Source of the DNA: Candidatus Kerfeldbacteria bacterium
GTDB taxonomy: Bacteria > Patescibacteriota > Patescibacteriia > UBA9570
Direction of reading: 5' to 3'
Length of the DNA: 62,218 bases
Assembly: GCA_016182495.1 (NCBI GenBank)
Contig: JACPGK010000020.1
Span: 1 to 62,218, forward strand
Both the position numbers and the translations under genes were made by a program. Under the pieces are notes generated by a model, which saw only the letters and a list, made by a program, of their open reading frames with translations, searched no databases and was not told the DNA's origin. Below, in pieces: positions 29,012 through 38,803 of the stretch (positions within the stretch are counted from its first letter, which is position 1; the number at the start of each line of letters is the position of its first letter).

Positions 29012-30802
29012 ATGGCTATAACGACACTGCCTGTGATTAATATTGGTCGTAGTCCGTCACAGTCTTCGGACGTGGCGGATGTTGGAGTTGGTAATTTCAT
29101 CGCCATGGAAAGCTACCTCCAAAGCGAGCAATTCGCTGTTGGTGGTATTGACTTTTCCACGGCACTAACGCGGCTATGGGCAGCGTTGCCTACCGGCTGG
29201 ACACGTGAACACGTGTTCGATGCCAAGTGGGTGCCGTTGTCGGTGTATGCCGCGGTAGAGCTGCAGCTGGCTCGCCTGGTAGGTGACCCAGCTAGGTTGG
29301 TTGAGGCAGCCCAGTATGGGGCGGTGCGCTCCAAGTATGGCGGCAAGTTCGCCATTTCGGATCGCTTCACCCTTGGGTTGTACGCAATCAGCCCGCAGAT
29401 GTTTCATGCCCAGGTAGTGCCTCGGGCCACTGGGATGTTCAATATCAACAAGAGAACAGAAGTGCTACAGAGTTCTCCCACCAGTGTGACCTATCGCCTG
29501 ACGTACGTTCAGGAGTCAACTGGTGTGCGGTTGCGTAGCCCCCGCGAGGATCATCGCTCTCTGCAGTGGTGGGCTCCTGGGTTTACGTCCGCTCCTTCCA
29601 AGGAACGGGGAGAGTTCTCTCACATCACCAGGGTGTTGGTCGAACTCGATCTGCCCTGGTTGTTCGAGGACAACCGCGAGTTCATCGCTGATTCGTGTCA
29701 CTACGAAATCATCGGCGATGAGCTCTGTCTTAATGGGCAAGTGGTGGCTCAACGTATTTCGCTTTTTTTAGATGACTCCGGTTACTTCACTGCGCGGGAA
29801 AATATCGGCAGACCAAGCCGACCCGCTTGGGAAGTAATCAAGGATGTCATCGTGACTGCTCCAGATGGGCATGCCTGGGTGGTAGCTTACCAAGGAGAAT
29901 TGTATTGCCCCGAAGCTGGGTGTAGCATCTTCCGCTATACCTGGAATCGGATCGGCAAGATTTTCTCTTGGCGGTTGTTCACCATCCTGCTGCATATGAT
30001 CTCAAAAAAGCGGGCGCAAAAGGGCGAACAGGAAATCCTGGAACGCCTTGACGTAGCGCTGGCTCAAGAGATCGCAGCGCTGGAGCGACTCGGTTTGCAG
30101 TCAAGTGAGGCCGGGCTGTATCCAGATGCCCGCTTCATGAAGGCTGCTGCCGATGGCCGGTTGGAAGGCATTGCCATTGAGCGCCCGGTGGTGCTGGTGT
30201 TCGACATCCGTGGCTGGACGCGGACATCGCGAGCCATGGGTTCCGAACAGGTGGCTGCACGAATCATGCAGCCGTTCATGAATCGGGTGAATCAGGCAAT
30301 TGCTGCCTACCGGCCAAATGTGTGGGATACGAACCCCCCATACGGCGTACCAATCGCCTACCTCTTCAATCATACTGGAGATGGTGTGGCCATTGTGTTC
30401 TACAACGCCGAAGAAGGGTCTCTCGTGAATCTTAGCCTCACTGTGGCGCAGCAACTCCATGCTGCCATCGGTGAGCTGATGGATCACGAGAGTCGTCCCA
30501 TGGTCGGGCGGTGTGGTATCGCTTCGGGTGACCAGGTGGTCATGTACGAGGTTGGTACCGCGCAAGGCAGCCGTCGGTTGTGCTTCAACGGCAACGCCAT
30601 TAACCTGGCGGCCCGTTGCGAAGCAGCCGGTAAGTTGCCTGATATGGCTGCCCCTGAAACTTTCCCCACCACCCTGATGCCGACTGCTTTGGCCGATCTT
30701 GAGATCGTGTCACAGCATGCGGCCTTCGTGAATGTGGGGGCGACTGACCTGCCCGGTGTTGGGTTAGTCCGCCTTTCTCGGGTGGTGGATCCGCGGGAGT
30801 GA
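29012..30802 (+). CDS. Class III adenylate/guanylate cyclase domain protein with unknown N-terminal region
   Basis: VFDIRGWT, TGDG, CGIASG, GNAINLAARCE; SD AAGGAG; GC-rich; TTGACA at 28932. Confidence 0.8.
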   Translation: MAITTLPVINIGRSPSQSSDVADVGVGNFIAMESYLQSEQFAVGGIDFSTALTRLWAALPTGWTREHVFDAKWVPLSVYAAVELQLARLVGDPARLVEAAQYGAVRSKYGGKFAISDRFTLGLYAISPQMFHAQVVPRATGMFNINKRTEVLQSSPTSVTYRLTYVQESTGVRLRSPREDHRSLQWWAPGFTSAPSKERGEFSHITRVLVELDLPWLFEDNREFIADSCHYEIIGDELCLNGQVVAQRISLFLDDSGYFTARENIGRPSRPAWEVIKDVIVTAPDGHAWVVAYQGELYCPEAGCSIFRYTWNRIGKIFSWRLFTILLHMISKKRAQKGEQEILERLDVALAQEIAALERLGLQSSEAGLYPDARFMKAAADGRLEGIAIERPVVLVFDIRGWTRTSRAMGSEQVAARIMQPFMNRVNQAIAAYRPNVWDTNPPYGVPIAYLFNHTGDGVAIVFYNAEEGSLVNLSLTVAQQLHAAIGELMDHESRPMVGRCGIASGDQVVMYEVGTAQGSRRLCFNGNAINLAARCEAAGKLPDMAAPETFPTTLMPTALADLEIVSQHAAFVNVGATDLPGVGLVRLSRVVDPRE

Positions 30803-30815
30803 AAAAATCAATGGA

Positions 30816-30863
30816 GGACGATGGCCCTAGGCGTGCGCAACTAATGCACCCGGGGCCTCGTTC
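30816..30863 (+). terminator. Long 3' hairpin after the cyclase gene
   Basis: GGACGA/TCGTTC, GGCCCT/GGGGCC and GTGC/GCAC stems. Confidence 0.5.
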
Positions 30864-30911
30864 ATATCTAGACAAGCTCTTAAAAAAATGCTATACTGTG
30901 GCAAAATATTT

Positions 30912-32357
30912 ATGGATGAAGTCGAGTCGATTACTATTCGAGATAAAATTTTAGGCCTAAGAGTATTTATACTATTCAGCGCCTTATTAACAGCGGAAAT
31001 TATTCCGCTGCTTTTATTTGAAAAATTATTAGCCACCGAACAGCGCAGTGCCCTATGGCGTTTAGTCGCTCAACACAATTGTAAAATTTTTTTAAAGCTG
31101 TGGGGCGTACAACTTACCACCGTGGCCCAACCACAACATTCATCGCCGGTGATTTACACCTGTAATCATCCCAGCATGATTGATGGTTTTATTTTGTTCG
31201 GCTTGCTAGGTTCGAATGTAATTGCCTTAACGGCGCCCTTTACCAGTTTTGGATTCCCGTTTAATTATTGGTTTAAACAGATGGGTTTTATTGATATTCA
31301 ACGCGATAAAGATGATGTGTTTAATCATCCCACAGCCAATACCCGCGAACAAGCTTTCCGTAAATTGTTTAACTATTTGACCGAAGGCAAATCGTTGTTG
31401 ATTTTTCCGGAAGGGCACGTCGAGCGCGCCCATCAGTTACACTATGTGCACACTGGCGTAGCCCGCATTTCATTACAGGCCAAAGTGCCGGTGCAAGTAA
31501 TGACGTTATCGGGCATGGAACAAGTGTACCTTAATAATTTTGCTTTGCGACGTGGTCAATTAACGGTGCGATTTGGTCGTTGTTTAGAACCGCCAGCCGT
31601 ATCACACTATGTGCCGTTTCGCAAAGTGGTGCCGTTTTATGCCAAAGATATGGAGCGCAGCCTAGTAGCTATTTTACCGCTGCGTTATTTGCCGGAATAT
31701 TATCAAACTGTCGGGCAAGGAGTAGCGGCCTTTGTTGATATCGACCATACGTTATATGAAGGCTATTCACAAAAAGATTTTGTGCGTTATTTATTAAAAC
31801 ATAAATATGTGTCGCGGACGTTACCATTAAAAGCGCTGTGGTGGATTATGTTAGAAAAAATGCAGCTGATGCCTCACCACCAATTGATGCGCCAATCATT
31901 GGGGTTGCTAAAAGGTTTATCAGTGAAAGAGGTTGATCAATGGTGTGATGATTTTTTTAAGGATATTGCCGTGCATAAAATTAATCACCACCTGATGCCT
32001 AATTTGAAAGATCATTTAGCCCAGAACCACATTGTTATTTTAGTGAGCGAGGCCATTCACCCGTTAGCTAAATTATTTAAAGAGTACGTTAAAGCTTCAG
32101 TATCACTCGATACGGTGTTGCAAAAACGGGCTGGCCATTATACCGGTACCGTTGAACGCTTAAATTACCATTTCACTAAAGCCGAACTGGTCGAAAAATT
32201 CGCTCACGATTTTGGCATTGATTTGAAAAAAAGTTACGCTTACACCGATTCTATTAACGATCTGCCGTTGTTGTATTCTGTGCGCCATAAAATGGTGGTG
32301 AATCCCGATAAAAAATTGCGCCCAGTTGCTCAACAACAGCGTTGGCAAGTGTTGTAA
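30912..32357 (+). CDS. PlsC-type acyltransferase fused to HAD-IB phosphatase
   Basis: NHPSMID and FPEG, then AFVDIDHTL and YTDSINDLPLL; the promoter TAGACA-17-TATACT 30869-30897 favours ATG 30912. Confidence 0.88.
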   Translation: MDEVESITIRDKILGLRVFILFSALLTAEIIPLLLFEKLLATEQRSALWRLVAQHNCKIFLKLWGVQLTTVAQPQHSSPVIYTCNHPSMIDGFILFGLLGSNVIALTAPFTSFGFPFNYWFKQMGFIDIQRDKDDVFNHPTANTREQAFRKLFNYLTEGKSLLIFPEGHVERAHQLHYVHTGVARISLQAKVPVQVMTLSGMEQVYLNNFALRRGQLTVRFGRCLEPPAVSHYVPFRKVVPFYAKDMERSLVAILPLRYLPEYYQTVGQGVAAFVDIDHTLYEGYSQKDFVRYLLKHKYVSRTLPLKALWWIMLEKMQLMPHHQLMRQSLGLLKGLSVKEVDQWCDDFFKDIAVHKINHHLMPNLKDHLAQNHIVILVSEAIHPLAKLFKEYVKASVSLDTVLQKRAGHYTGTVERLNYHFTKAELVEKFAHDFGIDLKKSYAYTDSINDLPLLYSVRHKMVVNPDKKLRPVAQQQRWQVL

Positions 32358-32367
32358 AGTAGCAGTC

Positions 32368-32396
32368 TTGACAGCTCCAGAGTTATGGTTTAGGGT
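32368..32396 (+). promoter_or_regulatory. Sigma70 promoter of the leu operon
   Basis: TTGACA 32368-32373, 17 bp, TAGGGT 32391-32396. Confidence 0.75.
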
Positions 32397-32403
32397 AGAT
32401 GTA

Positions 32404-32478
32404 ATGTTCAACCAAACTTTTCAACAACTCCTTAGCCTTCTTACCCTTCGCACACCGGTGGGCAGTGAGGCCTTGTAA
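32404..32478 (+). CDS. leuL: Leu attenuator leader peptide MFNQTFQQLLSLLTLRTPVGSEAL
   Basis: 5 Leu in 7 codons (CTC CTT agc CTT CTT acc CTT); ATG at the predicted transcription start. Confidence 0.88.
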   Translation: MFNQTFQQLLSLLTLRTPVGSEAL

Positions 32479-32537
32479 TTAAGAACAACTAGCAATTCGT
32501 TCTGCAGCTTCCCACACCGGGAGGTATTTTTTATTTT
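32455..32537 (+). terminator. leu attenuator antiterminator and terminator
   Basis: GCTTCCC-acacc-GGGAGGT 32507-32525 plus ATTTTTTATTTT; CCGGTGGG 32455-32462 pairs with CCCACACCGG 32511-32520. Confidence 0.82.
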
Positions 32538-32553
32538 AGTACTACATCAAACT

Positions 32554-33708
32554 ATGGAAAAATTATACATTTTCGACACCACCATGCGCGACGGTGAACA
32601 AGTGCCTGGTGCTAAATTGAACGTAGAGCAAAAAGTGATCATTGCTGAACAGTTATTAAAATTAGGGGTCGATGTTATTGAAGCTGGTTTTCCTATTTCC
32701 AGCCCCGGTGATTTTGCAGCGGTTGAGGCCGTATCTCAATTAGTTGGTGATCGAGCCGTTGTTTGCGCTTTAACTCGAGCCGTCGAGGCAGATATTGATG
32801 CGGCGGTGGCGGCTTTACGTCCAGCGCAACGTCCGCGTATTCATACTGGGATTGGTTCATCCGATATCCATATTCAATATAAATTTAAGTCAACGCGCCA
32901 GCAAGTGTTAGCCCGTGGTGTGGCGGCTGTTGCTTATGCAAAAAAATCGGTTGAGGAAGTGGAATTTTATGCCGAAGATGCCGGTCGCGCTGATAATGAT
33001 TTTCTGGCCCAGATGATTGCAGCGGTGATTGCGGCTGGTGCCACCCATGTCAATATTCCCGACACTACCGGTTACTGTATGTCGGAAGATTTTTATGAGA
33101 AAATTAAATACCTATGTGATCATGTCAAGGGAATTGAAAATGTCATCATCAGCGTGCACTGTCATAACGATTTAGGCTTAGCCACGGCTAACACCTTGGC
33201 CGGAATTCGGGCCGGTGCCCGGCAAGCGCAAGTGACAGTCAATGGCATTGGTGAACGGGCTGGCAATGCTGCACTTGAAGAAGTGGTGATGGCTTTAAAA
33301 ACCCGACGTGATCAGCCATTTGAGATCAATGTTCATACAAAAGAATTAATCCCAATTAGTCAGCTAGTATCACAAACCATGGGTTTACCGGTGCAAGCTA
33401 ATAAAGCGATTGTTGGAGCCAATGCTTTTGCCCATTCTTCCGGTATTCATCAAGATGGGATATTAAAACACCGTCAGAATTATGAAATTATTGATCCCAA
33501 AGATGTTGGAGCAGATGAATCAAAAATTATTTTAACCGCCCGATCCGGCCGAGCCGCCTTGCGTTATCGTTTGCAGCAGTTAGGGTTTGTTAATCAGCAA
33601 CCGGAACAGGTGGAACAAATCTATCAGCATTTTTTACAGGTGGCGGATCAACAAAAAGAAGTCGTGGATCATGATTTAATGACTATTGCAACGAATGTAA
33701 AGGCATAA
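32554..33708 (+). CDS. leuA: 2-isopropylmalate synthase, short form lacking the C-terminal regulatory domain
   Basis: DTTMRDGEQ, HCHNDLG, GERAGNA, HSSGIHQDG; 384 aa. Confidence 0.95.
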   Translation: MEKLYIFDTTMRDGEQVPGAKLNVEQKVIIAEQLLKLGVDVIEAGFPISSPGDFAAVEAVSQLVGDRAVVCALTRAVEADIDAAVAALRPAQRPRIHTGIGSSDIHIQYKFKSTRQQVLARGVAAVAYAKKSVEEVEFYAEDAGRADNDFLAQMIAAVIAAGATHVNIPDTTGYCMSEDFYEKIKYLCDHVKGIENVIISVHCHNDLGLATANTLAGIRAGARQAQVTVNGIGERAGNAALEEVVMALKTRRDQPFEINVHTKELIPISQLVSQTMGLPVQANKAIVGANAFAHSSGIHQDGILKHRQNYEIIDPKDVGADESKIILTARSGRAALRYRLQQLGFVNQQPEQVEQIYQHFLQVADQQKEVVDHDLMTIATNVKA

Positions 33709-33710
33709 GT

Positions 33711-35048
33711 ATGGGCAGAACGTTGTACGAAAAATTATGGCAGGCGCATGTGGTGCGGGCAGTGGTTGATGAACCAACGCTGTTGTATATTGATTTACAT
33801 TTAATCCACGAAGTCACCTCACCACAAGCCTTTGCTGGCTTAGCTAAACGTGGTTTGCCGGTGCGTCGTCCAGATTTAACCATCGCTACCATCGATCATG
33901 CTGTGCCAACGCGAGCTATTACGCAAACTTGGTCAGATACTCTTGCCCGTAAGCAAGTTGACACTCTGATTACGAACTGCCAACAGCACACTATTAAATT
34001 ATACGGATTAGATAGCGATCAGCGTGGCATTGTGCATGTGATTGGCCCAGAGTTAGGTTATACCCAGCCAGGTAAAACCATTGTGTGTGGTGATAGTCAT
34101 ACGTCTACCCATGGAGCCTTTGCTGCTCTAGCTTTTGGTATCGGTACTTCGGAAGTGGAACACGTCTTAGCTACCCAGTGTCTGTTGCAAACTAAAACAA
34201 AAACTATGGCCATCACCGTGAACGGCACATTAGCACCGGGTATTTCGGCTAAAGATATTATTTTGAGAATTATTCACGATATCGGCATTGCTGGCGCTAC
34301 TGGCTATACCATTGAATATCGTGGTTCAACCATCGAACAACTATCAATGGAAGGCAGAATGAGTTTATGCAATATGAGCATTGAAGCTGGTGCCAGGGCC
34401 GGGTTAGTGGCGGCCGATCAAGTGACAGCCGATTATTTAGCCGCCCGCGGAATTGTTCAAGATTGGAGTCATTGGCATAGTGCTGTTGATGCTGTATTTG
34501 ACCAGGAAATAATCATTGATGCTACCACTATTCAACCAATGGTGACGTGGGGAACTAATCCAGCTATGTCGGTTGCTATTACTGATCTGTTACCTGTACC
34601 CACCAATGCCGATGAACAAGCGGCTTATGATTATATGGGGTTACAACCCGGTCAATCGTTGCAACATCAACCTGTTCAGGTTGCTTTCATTGGTAGTTGC
34701 ACCAATGCACGTATTGAAGATTTACGAATTGCCGCCACAGTGTTGCAGGGCAAGCAAGTGAACGTAACAACTTTGATTGTGCCAGGATCCTATTCTGTCA
34801 AACATCAGGCTGAACAAGAAGGTCTAGATCAAATCTTTATGGCGGCAGGTTGTGACTGGCGTGAACCAGGTTGCAGCATGTGTATTGCTATGAATGGTGA
34901 TGTGGTTCAAGCTGGCCAGTATTGTGCTTCCACCTCGAATCGCAATTTTATTGGGCGGCAAGGTAATGGTGCCCGGACGTTTTTAATGTCACCACGCATG
35001 GTGGCGATGGCTGCAATTCATGGAACCATTCAAGATGCCAGAATGTGA
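33711..35048 (+). CDS. leuC: 3-isopropylmalate dehydratase large subunit
   Basis: HEVTSPQAF, DSHTSTHG, GSCTN, CSMC, STSNRNF. Confidence 0.97.
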   Translation: MGRTLYEKLWQAHVVRAVVDEPTLLYIDLHLIHEVTSPQAFAGLAKRGLPVRRPDLTIATIDHAVPTRAITQTWSDTLARKQVDTLITNCQQHTIKLYGLDSDQRGIVHVIGPELGYTQPGKTIVCGDSHTSTHGAFAALAFGIGTSEVEHVLATQCLLQTKTKTMAITVNGTLAPGISAKDIILRIIHDIGIAGATGYTIEYRGSTIEQLSMEGRMSLCNMSIEAGARAGLVAADQVTADYLAARGIVQDWSHWHSAVDAVFDQEIIIDATTIQPMVTWGTNPAMSVAITDLLPVPTNADEQAAYDYMGLQPGQSLQHQPVQVAFIGSCTNARIEDLRIAATVLQGKQVNVTTLIVPGSYSVKHQAEQEGLDQIFMAAGCDWREPGCSMCIAMNGDVVQAGQYCASTSNRNFIGRQGNGARTFLMSPRMVAMAAIHGTIQDARM

Positions 35049-35064
35049 TCATTCAATAATGATT

Positions 35065-35622
35065 ATGAAAAAATTTGAAACTATTATATCTATCGTCACA
35101 CCGATATTGATCGATAACATCGATACTGATCAGATTATTCCTGCTGAATTTTTAAAAGTGATCAATAAAAAGAATTTAGGTGCACATTTGTTTGCCAATT
35201 GGAGACAAGACCCCAATTTTGTCTTCAACCAACTAAAGTACCAGGCCAGTCAAATCTTAGTAGTTGGAAAAAATTTTGGTTGCGGATCGTCGCGCGAACA
35301 TGCTCCTTGGGCTCTACTCGATTATGGTTTCAAAGTGATCATCGCTTTATCTTTTGCTGATATTTTTAAAAATAATTCTTTTCATAATGGTTTATTGCCA
35401 ATCACTGTACCGGATCATATTCAACAAAAATTAATGAACCAAATGGTTACGGTAAATTTGGAAGAACAAACAATCAGTTGGAATCGCCAGCACTATAGCT
35501 TCGATATTAGCTCATTTAACAAAAAACGACTGTTACATGGCGTAGATGATATTGGTTACACATTACAATTTAATGATTTAATTTCTTGTTATGAACAAAC
35601 GCATCCTGGTGTTGCCCGGTGA
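35065..35622 (+). CDS. leuD: 3-isopropylmalate dehydratase small subunit
   Basis: NIDTDQIIP, NFGCGSSREHA; start moved to ATG 35065. Confidence 0.96.
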   Translation: MKKFETIISIVTPILIDNIDTDQIIPAEFLKVINKKNLGAHLFANWRQDPNFVFNQLKYQASQILVVGKNFGCGSSREHAPWALLDYGFKVIIALSFADIFKNNSFHNGLLPITVPDHIQQKLMNQMVTVNLEEQTISWNRQHYSFDISSFNKKRLLHGVDDIGYTLQFNDLISCYEQTHPGVAR

Positions 35623-36661
35623 CGGTATTGGGCCAGAAGTAATGACTGTAGCCACTGCCGTACTACAAGCTATAGCTGTTCGTTTTGGACATAATTTTAT
35701 TGTCACACAAGGTTTGATTGGCGCAGCCGCTCTGGCAGTTACCGGCGAACCATTACCAAAACAAACCATCGCCCAATGTCAGCAGATTGAAGCTGTTTTG
35801 CTTGGTGCTGTTGGTGATCCACACTATGAACACAATGCAGTTAGCTTGCGTCCAGAACAAGGTTTGCTGGGCTTACGTCAGCACTTGGGTGTCTATGCCA
35901 ACATTCGTCCAGTGCAAGTGTGGCCGCAGTTACAGGCAGCTTCCTCACTTAAAACGGCAGTGATCGAGGGCGTTAATTTTATATTTTTTCGTGAGTTGTT
36001 GGCTGGTCTTTATTTTGGCAAACCGCGTGGCAGGAGTTCTGATGGTGAAACGGCTGTTGATACCATGCGTTACAGTAAAGCTGAAGTGCGCCGGATTGTA
36101 CGCTTGGCGTTTCAAGCGGCTCAGCAGCGTTCTAAAAAATTGTGTTCAGTTGATAAAGCCAATGTGTTGGAATGTTCGCGCTTGTGGCGTGAGGTTGTGA
36201 TAGAGCAGGCTAAGCAGTGGCCAGATGTTGCTGTGACGCACATGTATGTGGATAACGCCGCCATGCAGATTATTCGTCAGCCAAAACAGTTTGATGTGAT
36301 TGTCACCGAAAATATGTTTGGTGATATTCTAAGTGATGAAGCGGCTCAAGTAGCTGGCAGTTTAGGGTTGTTAGCTTCAGCCAGTTTGGGTGATCGCATC
36401 GCTCTGTATGAACCAGTCCATGGCTCGGCACCAGATATCGCTGGACACAATCGGGCTAATCCAATTGGAGCCATAGTGTCGGTTGCTCTCATGCTTGAAT
36501 ATTCATTCGGACTCAAGGCTGAAACCGCTGCTATTCACACAGCTCTTAGTCAAACTCTCACAGCTGGTTGGCGTACAGCTGATCTCGCCACCGCTCTCAC
36601 TCCACCAGATCACGTTCTTGACACCAGCGTCTTTGGTCAAAAACTTATTCAATACATTTAA
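35591..36661 (+). CDS. leuB: 3-isopropylmalate dehydrogenase
   Basis: GDGIGPEV, DKANVL, NMFGDILSD, EPVHGSAPDIAG. Confidence 0.97.
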   Translation: MNKRILVLPGDGIGPEVMTVATAVLQAIAVRFGHNFIVTQGLIGAAALAVTGEPLPKQTIAQCQQIEAVLLGAVGDPHYEHNAVSLRPEQGLLGLRQHLGVYANIRPVQVWPQLQAASSLKTAVIEGVNFIFFRELLAGLYFGKPRGRSSDGETAVDTMRYSKAEVRRIVRLAFQAAQQRSKKLCSVDKANVLECSRLWREVVIEQAKQWPDVAVTHMYVDNAAMQIIRQPKQFDVIVTENMFGDILSDEAAQVAGSLGLLASASLGDRIALYEPVHGSAPDIAGHNRANPIGAIVSVALMLEYSFGLKAETAAIHTALSQTLTAGWRTADLATALTPPDHVLDTSVFGQKLIQYI

Positions 36662-36674
36662 TTTTTACACAGCC

Positions 36675-37607
36675 ATGTTTCAATACAATCAATTAAAAGT
36701 GTATTTCCGCGATCAGTTCGTTGATTTCTCGCAAGCCAATATCAGCATTGCTAACACCGGTTTTTTGTATGGTTTAGGGGCTTTTACCGGCATCCGAGCT
36801 CACTATAATACCAAACACAAACAGCTCTATTTATTTCGACCGCATGATCATTTTCAGCGTTTATATCAGGCTTGTAAATTGTGTTATTTTGATTCGTTTA
36901 CAACTAATTTTACAGCTGAAAAATTTATCACTGTTTTATTAGAATTATTGGGTTGTAACAACATTAAAGAAGATGCCTACGTTCGAGTGACTACTTTTGT
37001 TGATGAACAGAGTATTGGAGTGCAGTTTAATGGCTATAAAGATGCTTTGGCGATGTTTTTATATCCGCTTGGTGATTATGTTGCCACCACTGGTATGAAG
37101 TGTACAGTATCAAGTTGGCGCCGAGTGGATGATAATGCTATGCCATCACGCGCCAAGATTGTTGGTGCCTATGTCAACACTGCTTTTTCCAAAACCGAAG
37201 CCTTGTTAAGCGGTTTTGATGAAGCCATTGTGTTAGATCAAACTGGTAATGTGGTAGAAGGCAGTGCCGAGAATATTTTCATTGTGCGTGATGGTACCAT
37301 TATTACTCCGCCGGTAACTGATAATATCCTGGAAGGAGTCACCCGCCGCAGTGTTATTACCATTGCCCGTGATCAGGGTTGGCAAGTAATTGAACGCTCG
37401 ATTGATCGCTCGGAGCTGTATTTTGCTGATGAAATTTTTTTAACGGGCACGGCCTGTCGGGTAGCCCCAGTGGTACAGGTTGATCATTATCCAATTTCTG
37501 ACGGCACCATCGGTCCGATTGTTCAACAATTACAGACGTTATATAGTGCGATTGTTAAAGGCGATCAGCCTGATTATAATAACTGGTTAGTGCCGGTTTA
37601 TCAATAA
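36675..37607 (+). CDS. ilvE: Branched-chain amino acid aminotransferase (class IV)
   Basis: YG..AF.GIR, AK..GAY, EGSAEN, LEGVTR, ADEIFLTGT; start moved to ATG 36675. Confidence 0.92.
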   Translation: MFQYNQLKVYFRDQFVDFSQANISIANTGFLYGLGAFTGIRAHYNTKHKQLYLFRPHDHFQRLYQACKLCYFDSFTTNFTAEKFITVLLELLGCNNIKEDAYVRVTTFVDEQSIGVQFNGYKDALAMFLYPLGDYVATTGMKCTVSSWRRVDDNAMPSRAKIVGAYVNTAFSKTEALLSGFDEAIVLDQTGNVVEGSAENIFIVRDGTIITPPVTDNILEGVTRRSVITIARDQGWQVIERSIDRSELYFADEIFLTGTACRVAPVVQVDHYPISDGTIGPIVQQLQTLYSAIVKGDQPDYNNWLVPVYQ

Positions 37608-37633
37608 TAAAATTCATGATATACTCTGAGCCT

Positions 37634-38803
37634 ATGAAAATTAATGCTCTCACTCTCGATCTCCAAGCCGATGGCTGGAGCAGTTCGCGTGGGTTTATTA
37701 AGCGTACCGTGCCACGGCCGATACTGGATGAAACCGTTCAAGCCAGTGATGCTACCGCGGTGATTATTAAAGTACAGTATGCCGGCGTCTGTGGTTCTGA
37801 TCGTGGTATTTGGAACCGAGTGGCTTTTTCCGAAATGGTGCAACAGTCACTTGAACATGAACAAAAAAGTCTACGCATTTTAGGCCACGAATTTGTTGGC
37901 GCAGTCATTCAAGCTGGCAGCATGGTACAACATTTGTATGGCATTACTGTTGGTAACACTGTATCAGGAGATTCACACGTCACCTGTGGGCGTTGCTATC
38001 AATGCCGTTTGGGTGAGGCCGAAGTGTGCCAAGATCAAGCCATTTTAGGTATTAGTACCGATGGCATTTTTGCCCAGTATGTAAAAATTCCAGCCAAAAA
38101 TTTGTGGCCGGTCGATTTAACTCGAGTGCGGCCTGAAGTATGTGCCGTGTATGATCCATTCGGTAACGCCGTGCATGCCTTAACCAAAGTTGATGTGCGA
38201 GGAGCGCGCGTAGCCATTTTTGGTTGCGGCCAAATTGGTTTGTTTGCCATTCTGCTGGCTCGTCATTTTGGAGCAGCTAAAGTGATTGGCGTTGATACCA
38301 ACGCTGCTAATCTGGCCATGGCCAAAACGCTTGGGGCCCACGAAGTGATTCACTTGCAACCAACTGAAAAAATGCATGACTACGATGCCGATGCTGTTGT
38401 ACTGAAACAAATTCAATCACTCACCCATGGCAAAGGCGTTGATGTCAGTTTAGAAATGGCCGGCTTTAATTCCTCTGTCAATAATTGCCTTGCCGCTACC
38501 AGGTTTGGTGGTCACATAATTTTGTTTGGTATTAAAGATGGTGATTTCACGATCCCAGGTTTTTCGCGCATGATTGTGAAAGGCTTAACCATACATAATA
38601 TTATTGGTCGGCAAATTTTCTACACTTGGCAAATTGCTCAACGCGTGATGTCGGATAAATCCAACGGGATACAAGATAGTATTTGGGAAATTATTTTAAA
38701 GCAGGGCAACGGTACTATCATCACATTATCTGATTTTGCGCCAGATATCATGGAACAAAAAATGGCCGAGCATCCAAAATTATTGTTTGATATGCAACCA
38801 TGA
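37634..38803 (+). CDS. tdh: L-threonine 3-dehydrogenase (Zn-binding)
   Basis: CGSD, GHEF, CxxCxxC, PFGNAVH; adjacent to kbl; TG-a-TATACT 37620-37625 favours ATG 37634. Confidence 0.85.
   Translation: MKINALTLDLQADGWSSSRGFIKRTVPRPILDETVQASDATAVIIKVQYAGVCGSDRGIWNRVAFSEMVQQSLEHEQKSLRILGHEFVGAVIQAGSMVQHLYGITVGNTVSGDSHVTCGRCYQCRLGEAEVCQDQAILGISTDGIFAQYVKIPAKNLWPVDLTRVRPEVCAVYDPFGNAVHALTKVDVRGARVAIFGCGQIGLFAILLARHFGAAKVIGVDTNAANLAMAKTLGAHEVIHLQPTEKMHDYDADAVVLKQIQSLTHGKGVDVSLEMAGFNSSVNNCLAATRFGGHIILFGIKDGDFTIPGFSRMIVKGLTIHNIIGRQIFYTWQIAQRVMSDKSNGIQDSIWEIILKQGNGTIITLSDFAPDIMEQKMAEHPKLLFDMQP

Noticed and set aside
25936-30875. Minus-strand ORFs over the GC-rich genes (25936-26298, 27699-27926, 30101-30565 and others)
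   Set aside because: Shadow ORFs expected from high GC3 on the plus strand; promoters and SDs support the plus strand
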